Assembly (NCBI GenBank): GCA_025357945.1
Contig: JANYLJ010000045.1
Coordinates: 10,392-74,391, forward strand
DNA: 64,000 nucleotides
From: Gemmatimonadota bacterium
GTDB lineage: Bacteria > Gemmatimonadota > Gemmatimonadetes > Gemmatimonadales > GWC2-71-9
Direction of reading: 5' to 3'
The position numbers and the translations under genes were made by a program. Below, in pieces: positions 19,101 through 26,722 of this stretch. Each line of letters opens with the position of its first letter. The first letter of the stretch is position 1. Below the pieces are notes generated by a model. The model worked only from the letters and a program-made list of their open reading frames with translations. It did not search any database and was not told the DNA's origin.

Positions 19101-19456
19101 GCCTCATGCAATGCGGGGCTGGTGCCGGTCGCGGGAGCATCGAGCACCGTCGTGAGCGCGCCGTGCCGCCAGGCGCCCGACGCTTCCAGCTCGCGGCCGA
19201 CGTGCCAGGGACCGAGCACGCCGATGGCGCGTCGCGCGAGCACGAAGCTCACCACCAGCGCCAGCGCGATCAGCAACCACGCGACCAGGATCCCCTCCGG
19301 CCCCGTCAGCCAGCCCGCGCGCGCCAGCCACGCGGCGATCGCAAACACCACCGCCGCGGTCGCGACCCCGACAAGCAGCCGCGCCAATCCGCTCAGGCCG
19401 CGAAGCGGGCGGGCAATCGCGTCGAGCGCCTGATCCAGTGTACTCGCCGGCATCAC
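16178..19456 (-). CDS. Large membrane protein, DUF4175-like (N-terminal TM helices, beta-rich middle, long Gln/Ala-rich coiled-coil C-terminus)
   Basis: The protein is 1092 aa with TM segments LLVGVATAAVVFAIAAWL, ILVAWLLIALALVVSFVL and VGVLLFALIGLVAA. The C-terminal approximately 500 aa are low-complexity Q/A/E/R-rich. The family assignment is from memory, not a search. Confidence 0.65.
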   Translation of the reverse strand: MMPASTLDQALDAIARPLRGLSGLARLLVGVATAAVVFAIAAWLARAGWLTGPEGILVAWLLIALALVVSFVLARRAIGVLGPWHVGRELEASGAWRHGALTTVLDAPATGTSPALHEAAALLRAKEVTSRGPDALLPAMRRQRHQSRQAVGVLLFALIGLVAARPATGAPARLWHPVGAWRALIAPVRLHARTATVARGEPAVLDLTVIGHRHATLFTRAPGEPWRTADVVLDADGNASVTTLPLAADLVARVEAGGRKSPDVHVSIRLAAFLGAFTATAHYPAYLGLEDEALPTTGDTLVVPEGTRLSLDGRATMPLGSVRLSGPAGSSPLTVSGSNFHGELTPRESGLWRVTITPANGGALEGDAPSLPVRVVVDSAPIVEIPVPGVDTVAVASMSLALVIGIRDDHGITSAALESRRGTSGAVTRTPLTLPAPSGDRALLATMVDLAALGLKPGDTLRYVATAQDNAPARHVGRSHEYLVRMLTEAEQRAARSRQTVQAVTAFDSLSKQAARVQRTEEDLARERQRTDPKAGTTRLGDVGQKDPLASEPARKADAAAQAQQKVLDDAAKLQQSVQELRDAAERSGVADTTLARELNEISKLLDKALSPELRDKLAALQQAVKALDADRTRQSLQDLARQQAQLKEALDQARELFKRAALETDLANMAKDAKQLASEQHDLTDQLGRSDSGTTGAAEQALAKRADSLGAGLERAVQQVAAPQPGQPLQQAAQQAHGAARKMQQAAQSSQAGKPGEAQEQARQAEEQLTPLAKDIDDSRQRMAADMRAEVKRALDRALQETARLAQRQLAVAQAFQQGAMVPQTRIDQGLVEEGAAKLMQQMTAVAAMNALVSPQPAIAFAQARRLMREAVDAVASVNANVRGASEKAGDAVDALAVAAFSLLQSKDRVNGSQSGSGVPEAIEQMQQMAGKQGRMAQQGAGMMQHGTMNAQQIMQLAMQQRALAQQMERMRAGGQLPGAGQMAREAKELSRTMAGGRLNQDVVDRQQKLFKRMLDAGRTLQGEEDDEKKERQSTTAKDAPPGVPPPLDPRIRNGTGEIRLPSWESLQRLSLEERRRVADYFQRLTQRAPP

Positions 19457-20133
19457 CCGCCGCCGAATCCGACGGCGTAGGCAAACAGGTTGACACCCAT
19501 GCGCAGCGCCGCTTCGTGTTTCTCGGCCGGGTCGTGATGCACCGCTTCATCCTCCCATCCATCACCGAGATCGGATTGGTAGGTGTAGTAGACGACGAGG
19601 CGCCCGTTCACGAAGATGCCGAATCCCTGCGCCGGCTTGCCGTCGTGTTCGTGGATCTTGGGCACGCCGCCCGGGAACTCGTACACCAGGTGATAGATCG
19701 GGTGATCGAGCGGCACTTCCACCAGCGGACGATCCGGGAACAACCGCTTGATCTCCCGGCGGAACGACTCGTCGAGACCGTAGTTGTCATCGACATGGAG
19801 GAAGCCCCCCTGTACCAGCCACCGCCGCAGGATCAGCAGCTCGTCGTCATTCCAGTGGATGTTGCCATGCCCGGTGACGTGCAGGAAGGCGACATCCCAC
19901 AACTCGGGATCGGTGAGGCGAACGGCGACCTCGCGCGAGGCCACCGGGATCGTGGTGCGCTCATGAATCGCGGCCAGCAGATTGGGCAGGCTCGACGGAT
20001 TCGCGTACCAATCGCCGCCGCCATCATAGTGAAGGCGACCGATCGTGAGTTCCGGCGTGCGGCCGGTGGACTGCGCCGACAGCACCGGTACCACCGCCAA
20101 CGCGAGCATGGCCAGCTGCCGACACGGGCTCAC
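19453..20133 (-). CDS. DUF4159 domain-containing protein
   Basis: The sequence includes a signal peptide, then LHYDGGGDWYANPSSLPNLL, FLHVTGHG and GGFLHVDDNYG, which fits the DUF4159 pattern. The GTG start overlaps the rsmI stop (GTGA). Confidence 0.78.
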   Translation of the reverse strand: MSPCRQLAMLALAVVPVLSAQSTGRTPELTIGRLHYDGGGDWYANPSSLPNLLAAIHERTTIPVASREVAVRLTDPELWDVAFLHVTGHGNIHWNDDELLILRRWLVQGGFLHVDDNYGLDESFRREIKRLFPDRPLVEVPLDHPIYHLVYEFPGGVPKIHEHDGKPAQGFGIFVNGRLVVYYTYQSDLGDGWEDEAVHHDPAEKHEAALRMGVNLFAYAVGFGGG

Positions 20134-20972
20134 GGCCGCTCCATCACCAGGCGATACGCCTCATTGCGAGGCAAACCGAACCGCGCGCTCACCATGCGAA
20201 CCACATCCTTGGGGGAATCTCCGGCACCGAGCCGCTCCCCGATCGCTGCCAGCACTTCGTCCTGATTCACGAGGATCTCACCCGCGTCATCGGCCGCCTG
20301 GCCGGACAGCACCAGCGTCACCTCGCCGAGCGGCGCGTGTACCTCGTAGTACGTGCGAAGCTCCGTCAATGTGCCGCCGCGAACGTCCTCGTGGATTTTG
20401 GTCAACTCGCGCGCGACGACGGCGTGGCGCTCCGCACCGCAGAGGGCGATCAGGTCCGCCAGCAGCTCAGTGAGCCGACCTGGCGCCTCAAAGAAGACGA
20501 TGCTCCACGGCTCGCCAGCGGCACGTTCCAATAGGCGACGCCTGGACGCCCCCTTCCGTGGCAGGAAGCCGAGGAAGAGATATCGGTCACCCGCCATTCC
20601 CGATGCGGACAGCGCCGCAGCCACTGCCGATGGTCCGGCGATCGGCACCACCCGGATACCGGCCCGCCGGGCGGCCGCGACGACCTCGACCCCCGGATCG
20701 CTGATCGCCGGGGTGCCGGCGTCGGTGACCAGCGCGACGTCGCGCCCGGCCGACAGCAACTCGATCAGCGCATCGATTCGCTTGGGACCCGAATGGGCGT
20801 GGTACGACACCAACTTGGGATGGGCATCGATCGACGCCAGCAACCCGAGGGTGTAGCGGGTGTCCTCGGCCGCTACGGTATGCACCGTCCGCAACGTCTC
20901 CGCCGCCCGCGGTGAAAGATCGCCGAGGTTGCCAAGGGGCGTCGCGACGATGTAGAGGATACCGGCGGGCAT
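20130..20972 (-). CDS. rsmI: 16S rRNA (cytidine1402-2'-O)-methyltransferase
   Basis: The sequence includes LYIVATPLGNLGDLSPRA and VAAEDTR, with tetrapyrrole-methylase-like fold motifs. Confidence 0.92.
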   Translation of the reverse strand: MPAGILYIVATPLGNLGDLSPRAAETLRTVHTVAAEDTRYTLGLLASIDAHPKLVSYHAHSGPKRIDALIELLSAGRDVALVTDAGTPAISDPGVEVVAAARRAGIRVVPIAGPSAVAAALSASGMAGDRYLFLGFLPRKGASRRRLLERAAGEPWSIVFFEAPGRLTELLADLIALCGAERHAVVARELTKIHEDVRGGTLTELRTYYEVHAPLGEVTLVLSGQAADDAGEILVNQDEVLAAIGERLGAGDSPKDVVRMVSARFGLPRNEAYRLVMERP

Positions 20973-21012
20973 CGGTGAAAGAAAGCCGCCCGCCGGCCCG
21001 GAAAACAGCGGC

Positions 21013-21345
21013 TTACGCGGCCAGGTGCTGGTTGATCTTCGCTTCGAGCGCCGGGCGCGGATGCGCGCCGATCAGCGTGTCGACGTGCTTGCCGTCCTTG
21101 AAGAACACCAGCGTCGGAATCGACCGCACGTTGTACTTCATGGCCGTCTGCTGGTTTGCGTCGACATCCAGCTTGGCGATCTTGATCTTGCCGGCGTATT
21201 CCTTGGCCAGTGCGTCGAGCGTCGGCGCGATCATCCGGCACGGACCGCACCATGCCGCCCAGAAATCCACCAGCACCAGCCCGCCTGCGTTGGTGACTTC
21301 GTCGTCAAACGTCGTGTCCGTCACCGCTACCGTGTTCTCACTCAT
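21013..21345 (-). CDS. trxA: Thioredoxin
   Basis: The protein is 110 aa with the WAAWCGPCRMIAP active site. A GGAG lies 8 nt upstream of the ATG. Confidence 0.95.
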   Translation of the reverse strand: MSENTVAVTDTTFDDEVTNAGGLVLVDFWAAWCGPCRMIAPTLDALAKEYAGKIKIAKLDVDANQQTAMKYNVRSIPTLVFFKDGKHVDTLIGAHPRPALEAKINQHLAA

Positions 21346-21392
21346 TATTTCCGCCGCTCCTTGGTGATCCCGCCATCGTTAACTTGACCTGC

Positions 21393-21782
21393 ATGAAGCC
21401 CACTATAGCGCATCTCGGCATCGCCGTCACCGACCTGGACGCCGCCGCGTCGTTCTACCGCAAGGTCCTCCACGTCCCATGCCGCGGACCGGAGGAAGCC
21501 GATGGCGCGCGCATCCTGCACCTGGACTTCGGCGAAGCCGAGGTCGAATTGCTGGCGCCAATGACTCCCGACTCGCCGATCGGCAGGTTTCTCGCGAAGC
21601 GCGGTCCCGGCATCCATCATATCTGCTATCGCGTGGCCGACCTCGATGCTTCGATCGCCGCGTGCCGCGAGCACGGCTACACCCTGGTCGACGAGGTGCC
21701 CCGCGCCGGTGCTAACGGCCATCGCATCGCGTTCCTGCACCCGAAAGCGACCCACGGGACCCTGATCGAGCTCACCGAATAG
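21393..21782 (+). CDS. mce: Methylmalonyl-CoA epimerase (VOC/glyoxalase family)
   Basis: The sequence includes IAHLGIAVTDLDAA, GPGIHHICYRV and IAFLHPKATHGTLIEL. The ATG at 21393 is preferred over the TTG at 21384. Confidence 0.82.
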   Translation: MKPTIAHLGIAVTDLDAAASFYRKVLHVPCRGPEEADGARILHLDFGEAEVELLAPMTPDSPIGRFLAKRGPGIHHICYRVADLDASIAACREHGYTLVDEVPRAGANGHRIAFLHPKATHGTLIELTE

Positions 21783-21812
21783 CCGTCCTTCACGCCCCGC
21801 AAGAACGCCGCG

Positions 21813-22274
21813 CTACTGGCCCGGGTTCCCCGATCGCCTGCTGGTATCACAGGGTTTGTTGACCTCGGCGGCGTCGTCGAGCTTGAAGTCATGCACCAGC
21901 CAGCCTTCCCGTGCCTTCACGACGTTGACCGGGATCGTCACCTTGCAGCCATGGCTGGTCAGCTGTGTCGTTACCGTCCGCATATCGTCCTTCCCCGGTA
22001 CGTCGCCGAGGGTCTGTGCCTGGACGCCATGGAGGAACAACTGCATCAGGACAATCTTTTTCTGGTAGTCTTTGGTCTTGGTCTTCACGACGGGACCCTT
22101 GGCGCTGCCAAACAGCTCGCCCATCCGGGTAAGGTTGCTGTCTGCCAGCGCGCGCATAAACTCCTCCACTGCGGCGGCCGGTGTCGCACCCCCCTTGGTG
22201 GCCTGGGCAGCGATGGCGACCGGCGCGCTGACGATCACGAGTAGTGCGATGTTTCTGGGCGCGAACAGCGGCAT
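21813..22274 (-). CDS. Hypothetical secreted protein (NTF2-like size and pattern)
   Basis: The signal peptide is IALLVIVSAPVAIAAQA. I recognise no family. Confidence 0.5.
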   Translation of the reverse strand: MPLFAPRNIALLVIVSAPVAIAAQATKGGATPAAAVEEFMRALADSNLTRMGELFGSAKGPVVKTKTKDYQKKIVLMQLFLHGVQAQTLGDVPGKDDMRTVTTQLTSHGCKVTIPVNVVKAREGWLVHDFKLDDAAEVNKPCDTSRRSGNPGQ

Positions 22275-22325
22275 GGGCGTCCTCCTGAGGGGCGTACGGG
22301 CGAAACGTAATACTCCGGAAACCGA

Positions 22326-23051
22326 ATGCGACCGTTACGACTGTACATCAACGTTGACCACGTGGCCACCGTGCGGCAGGCCCGCAAGACCGACGAGCCC
22401 GACCCGCTCGCCGCCGCGCGAGAGGCCGAGGCCGCTGGTGCCGACGGCATCACGATCCACCTCCGCGAAGACCGCCGCCACATTCAGGACCGCGACGCGG
22501 CTGCCATCGCGGCCGGCGTCGCCACCGTGTGCAACCTCGAGCTCGCGGCACGCGACGAGATTGTCAGCTTCGCCTGCGCGCTGCAGCCGTATCAGGTGAC
22601 TCTTGTCCCGGAGCAGCGCGAGGAGATCACGACGGAGGGCGGCCTCGACCTGTCACAACGCGATCCGAACCTGCGCACCGCGATTCGGCGTCTCGACGAG
22701 GCCGGCCTCCATGTATCGTTATTCATTGACCCCGACCCGGCGGCAATCGACGCCGCCAAGGACCTGGGGGTGCCGGCGGTCGAGCTGCACACCGGCCGAT
22801 ACTCCCATCGGTGGCGCGAGGACGACGCCGCGCTCGACGAATTGCGCCGCGCGGCGGAGCATGCCGCCGGCATGGGCCTCGCCGTGCACGCCGGCCACGG
22901 CCTCACCTACCGGAACGTGCAACCGGTCGCCCGGATTGCGGCGATCGAGGAGTTGAACATCGGGCACAGCATCGTCAGCCGCGCACTGTTCACGGGTATC
23001 GGACCCGCCGTCGCAGAAATGAAGCGGCTGCTGCAGGAGGCACGCCGATGA
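22326..23051 (+). CDS. pdxJ: Pyridoxine 5'-phosphate synthase
   Basis: The sequence includes LYINVDHVATVRQAR, ITIHLREDRRHI and ELHTG. Confidence 0.93.
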   Translation: MRPLRLYINVDHVATVRQARKTDEPDPLAAAREAEAAGADGITIHLREDRRHIQDRDAAAIAAGVATVCNLELAARDEIVSFACALQPYQVTLVPEQREEITTEGGLDLSQRDPNLRTAIRRLDEAGLHVSLFIDPDPAAIDAAKDLGVPAVELHTGRYSHRWREDDAALDELRRAAEHAAGMGLAVHAGHGLTYRNVQPVARIAAIEELNIGHSIVSRALFTGIGPAVAEMKRLLQEARR

Positions 23052-24847
23052 GCAGTGCGCCGCGCCGTGCCGAGTTTTTCGCGCTCGAGGCGAACGAGTA
23101 CCTCGCCGATCTCGAGCCACTCGCGACGGCGCATGACCGCCCCGACGCCGAGCGGCTGGTGCGCGGCGCGCGGGCGTTGCGCGGGGCCGCGCTGATGGCG
23201 GGCCTGGGGACGTTCGCCCGAGCCGCCGCAGGTCTCGAAGCGGTCGCGCGGCAAGTCCGCGACCACGCGCTGGCCTGGGAGCCCAATGCTCGCGAGGCCT
23301 GGGTCGAAGGACTCGGCGCGCTCCGCGCCCTGGTGTCGCGTGCCGCCAACTGGGAGGCGGTCGACGACCGTCAGGCGCTGGCGCTGGCGGAGCGGTTCGA
23401 GCAGGTGATGACCGGCCGCCCGGCCCGCGCGTCGGTGCCCGCGACGGCTGCACTCACGCCGGGTGTGCGGGCATTCATCGCCCGCGAATCGGCGCTCATC
23501 GCCGGTTCACTCGAGCAGGCATCTCGGGCACTCGCACCGATTCCGCCGGCTGAGGCCCTCGCTGGCGTGCTGGAGCGGATGCAATCGTTGCGCGGGTTGG
23601 GGGCGTCAGCAGAACTGTCGCCGCTCCCCGAACTGCTCGATGCGATGGAGGTCGCGACTCGCGCCCTGCTCGCTGACGTCGCTCCGCCGCCGAATGTCGC
23701 CGCCGTGTTCGCCGACGCCGCGCACGCCCTCGCCACCATCGCCCGCGCCGTCGCCGACGCCGGGCACATCGTGCCACCACCGGAACTCGAGTCGATCGCC
23801 AAGCGCCTGTTGGAGACCTATGCCTCGGAGACCGATGTGGTCTCGATCGGGACGCTGGCACCGAACGGTGTCGAGTCGATCGTGCGAGAAGGGACGCCGC
23901 CCTCGGCGCTCCCGGACGCCGACCCGGTACCGGTCGAACTCGTCAGCGTCGGCGACCACCTGTTGATCGTCGCCGAGTCACTGGCGCGGCCGGCGTCGCC
24001 CGCCGCGCGGGAGTTGCGACTCTTCGTGCTCCACCGGACACTGGCGGCGATGCCGTCCCGGAGTGCCACCGGTCGGTTCCTGGCACCCCTTGCCGATGCG
24101 ATTTCCGCCGGCATTGGTAATCGCGTCGCCACCGAACGCCCCGACGCCTTCGTCGCGATGGTCCGCGGCTGCGGACGTTTCCTGGTCGAAGCCGGCGGCA
24201 GCCACGACTGGCTCGCGCTCACCCGCCGCCGCGATGCCATCGCCACCTCGCTCCTCATGGTCGGCCTCGGCGCACCGGCCGGCGGCTTCGAACCCAAGGG
24301 AACTCCGGTCATCCGGAGCGACGTGAGCCGCGGAGCGGCTCAGGTAGTCGAAGGACCTGGGCCGCAGGTGACACTGCCAGCAGACGACGTTGTCGAAATC
24401 ACCTCGCTCGCGCCCGACGACGACATCGTCGACATCGCGTCCCTCGCCCCCGACGTCCCGGACGACATCGTCGACATCGCGTCGCTCGCGCCCGACGACG
24501 ACACGTCCGACGTTGTGTCGATCGCGTCGCTCGCCCCCGACCCAGTACCGGTCATTCCGGCCGCCGCGCCCGGTGAACCGTCGTTGCTCGAGCGCGCTTT
24601 CACCACACGCCGCGCGTTGAGCCTGGCGTCGGCGGACACGACGCCAACGATGAGCGGCCTGATCGGCGCCGAGATCGTGCCGGTGACAGTACTGCTCTAT
24701 CGCGGACACGCGGCACTCGCCCGGGCCGAGGAGGTCCGCCTGGAGATCCACGCCATGCTCGCGGAACCGACGGCCTCGATCGATCGGCTCCGTCCAATTA
24801 TTCACGAGCTGCTCGACCTCGTTCCGCTGGCCCGTGACGCCGCCTGA
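23048..24847 (+). CDS. Hypothetical protein with two HPt-like (His-less) helical segments and a repeated D-I-A-S-L-A-P-D motif
   Basis: The ATG at 23048 overlaps the pdxJ TGA (ATGA). The N-terminus EFFALEANEYLADLEPL...GARALRGAALMAGL resembles a CheA-P1/HPt pattern with Arg at the His position. A second segment contains MQSLRGLGASAEL. The motif copies are described in the repeat feature. Confidence 0.6.
   Translation: MSSAPRRAEFFALEANEYLADLEPLATAHDRPDAERLVRGARALRGAALMAGLGTFARAAAGLEAVARQVRDHALAWEPNAREAWVEGLGALRALVSRAANWEAVDDRQALALAERFEQVMTGRPARASVPATAALTPGVRAFIARESALIAGSLEQASRALAPIPPAEALAGVLERMQSLRGLGASAELSPLPELLDAMEVATRALLADVAPPPNVAAVFADAAHALATIARAVADAGHIVPPPELESIAKRLLETYASETDVVSIGTLAPNGVESIVREGTPPSALPDADPVPVELVSVGDHLLIVAESLARPASPAARELRLFVLHRTLAAMPSRSATGRFLAPLADAISAGIGNRVATERPDAFVAMVRGCGRFLVEAGGSHDWLALTRRRDAIATSLLMVGLGAPAGGFEPKGTPVIRSDVSRGAAQVVEGPGPQVTLPADDVVEITSLAPDDDIVDIASLAPDVPDDIVDIASLAPDDDTSDVVSIASLAPDPVPVIPAAAPGEPSLLERAFTTRRALSLASADTTPTMSGLIGAEIVPVTVLLYRGHAALARAEEVRLEIHAMLAEPTASIDRLRPIIHELLDLVPLARDAA
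24383..24541 (+). repeat. In-frame tandem repeat, 4 copies of a 36-48-nt unit (GACGACATCGTCGACATCGCGTCSCTCGCSCCCGAC)
   Basis: The repeat encodes DDVVEITSLAPD / DDIVDIASLAPDVP / DDIVDIASLAPD / DDTSDVVSIASLAPD. A diverged fifth copy, DVVSIGTLAPN, lies upstream in the same protein. Confidence 0.8.
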
Positions 24848-25835
24848 TCGCCGCGGCGCGCGCGCGCTGCAACTCATTGTCGGCTTTGCGATTTCCGGTA
24901 CGTTGGTGTGGCTGGCGTTCCGGCATACGCCGTTCGCCGACGTCTGGGCAACAATCACGACGGCCCATGTCCTTCCCATGGTCGCGGCGGTGGTGCTCTC
25001 CACGCTGCCCTTTCTGCTCCGCGTGCCGCGTTGGCAACTCCTGCTCCACCGCGGCGACGGGAGCACGATCCCGCGCCAGTCGCTGTGGCGCGCCGTCGCG
25101 ATTGGTTTCGCGGCCAACAACGTGCTGCCGTTCAGGGCCGGCGAGGTGTTGCGCCTAGCCGCGATCAGCCGCCTCGCGCCGGTTTCATTCGCCGCCGCGC
25201 TGTCAAGTGTCGCCGTGGAACGAGTGCTCGACGCACTCGTCGTGGTCATGTTGCTGGGGATCGGTCTCGTCGGCGGCCAACTCCCGGCCGGCAGCGGGAT
25301 GGCGGCCAAGGCCGAATGGATCGGTGTGATCTGCCTCGTCGCGATGGTCGTGGCGATCGTCGCCGCATGGAAACGCGACATGGCGCTACGAATCTTCGAG
25401 CGCCTGCTTCCTGCCGGACCGATCGCACAAAAGATCGTGGGATTTGTCGACAACGTTCTGCGCGGGCTCAGCGCAATGCGCGATCCACGCCGCGCCGTCC
25501 CGGTCATCGTCTGGTCGCTCGTGATCTGGATCGTCAATGCGTCGGCGTTCTACGTGGCGTTTCTTGCCTTCGACTTTCAGCTCCCGTTCACGGCCGCGCT
25601 GATCGTGCAGGGCGCGCTGATGATCGGAATTGCGGTCCCGTCGACACCGGGGTACGTCATGGTGTTCGAGACGGCGATTTACGGTGTGCTCCTGCTCTAC
25701 GGCATCGACAAGGATCACGGCCTGGCGTATGGACTGTTGTACCACGTGGCCACCTTCATCCCGATCACCTGCCTCGGCGCGTTGTCGGCGATCCGCACCG
25801 GCACACACCTCCGCACACCGCCGCCTTCACCGTGA
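24834..25835 (+). CDS. LPG-synthase-TM / UPF0104 (flippase-like) family membrane protein
   Basis: It is polytopic. RVPRWQLLL ... AIGFAANNVLPFRAGEVLR is characteristic of PF03706. Confidence 0.8.
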   Translation: MTPPDRRGARALQLIVGFAISGTLVWLAFRHTPFADVWATITTAHVLPMVAAVVLSTLPFLLRVPRWQLLLHRGDGSTIPRQSLWRAVAIGFAANNVLPFRAGEVLRLAAISRLAPVSFAAALSSVAVERVLDALVVVMLLGIGLVGGQLPAGSGMAAKAEWIGVICLVAMVVAIVAAWKRDMALRIFERLLPAGPIAQKIVGFVDNVLRGLSAMRDPRRAVPVIVWSLVIWIVNASAFYVAFLAFDFQLPFTAALIVQGALMIGIAVPSTPGYVMVFETAIYGVLLLYGIDKDHGLAYGLLYHVATFIPITCLGALSAIRTGTHLRTPPPSP

Positions 25836-26689
25836 CCGATTCGATCACCCGCGCATGCCCGGCGAAGGTGAACCTCTTCCTTCGCGTGCTCGCGCGCGAG
25901 GCAGACGGCTATCATGGCATCGAGACGTTGTTCTGTCGCATCGGCCTCGCCGACACGCTTCGCGTCGTGCGCACCGAGGGCGGCGTGTCGCTCACCGTCG
26001 CCGGCGCCAACGTCGGGCCGGTTGAGCAGAACCTCGCCTGGCGCGCAGCCGACGCCGTGCTCGCCGCCACCGGGCGGCGTTTCGGCGTCGCAATGGAGCT
26101 GTCCAAACAGACCCCCGCGGGCGGCGGACTCGGCGGCGGATCGAGTGACGCCGCGAGCGCCCTGCTCGCCGTCAACCAACTCGCCAACAACGCCGTACCC
26201 CGCGCCGAGCTGCTGCACATGGCGTATCGGTTGGGCGCGGACGTCCCGTTTTTTATCCTGGAAACACCGTGTGCGCTGGCGTGGGGGCACGGCCAGCGTA
26301 TGCTGCGGCTGCCGCAGCTCCCGCCAATGCCGATGCTCCTGCTCCTCCCGGGAACGCCAGTTCCGACCGCCGAGGCGTACGGCTGGATCGACGAGATGCG
26401 CCAGTCGGCCGGGCCACGCGGTGCCGTGGCGCTCGACCTCGACGTGTTGCGCAGCTGGAGCGACATCGCGCGCCTGGCGGGAAACGACTTCGAGGCGGTC
26501 GTATTCGGGAAATTCCCGGCGATTCGTGCCGGATTCGAGGCGCTCGCGGGAACGCGCCCGTTACTCTGCCGGATGAGCGGATCGGGGTCGACGTTGTTCG
26601 CCGTATATCGCAACGATCGCGATCGCGACGACGCGGCGATGCAACTGGGAACCCGGCACGGCATCACCGTAACGACAAGCGCGGGGTAG
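25832..26689 (+). CDS. ispE: 4-(cytidine 5'-diphospho)-2-C-methyl-D-erythritol kinase
   Basis: The GTG at 25832 overlaps the upstream TGA. The sequence includes CPAKVNLFLRV and the GHMP-kinase motif PAGGGLGGGSSDAA. ORF 24908..26689 is an out-of-gene extension. Confidence 0.9.
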   Translation: MTDSITRACPAKVNLFLRVLAREADGYHGIETLFCRIGLADTLRVVRTEGGVSLTVAGANVGPVEQNLAWRAADAVLAATGRRFGVAMELSKQTPAGGGLGGGSSDAASALLAVNQLANNAVPRAELLHMAYRLGADVPFFILETPCALAWGHGQRMLRLPQLPPMPMLLLLPGTPVPTAEAYGWIDEMRQSAGPRGAVALDLDVLRSWSDIARLAGNDFEAVVFGKFPAIRAGFEALAGTRPLLCRMSGSGSTLFAVYRNDRDRDDAAMQLGTRHGITVTTSAG

Positions 26690-26722
26690 ACCGATGTAGG
26701 TTAATGCGCGCTACAGGTGTGG

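Noticed and set aside
20983-21012. A hairpin AAGCCGC...GCGGCTT lies downstream of trxA and could be a terminator.
   Set aside because: It has a 7-bp stem with an 18-nt loop and only a weak TCTTTC tail. rsmI starts about 10 nt further on, so read-through is at least as likely. It is too weak to call as a feature.
22811-23047. The ORF track gives N-terminal extensions at 22811-23047, 24908-25831, 1010-1342, 34903-35214, 27802-28038, 40379-40414, 16182-16265, 4442-4519, 52803-52865 and 57053-57109.
   Set aside because: These extensions run through the 3' ends of well-supported upstream genes or through intergenic DNA. Internal starts give proper signal peptides or family-typical N-termini and canonical stop/start overlaps.
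24383-24541. The repetitive DNA could be a CRISPR-like or minisatellite array.
   Set aside because: The repeats are contiguous with no unique spacers and are in frame. They encode a conserved peptide motif inside a long ORF. There are no cas genes in the window.
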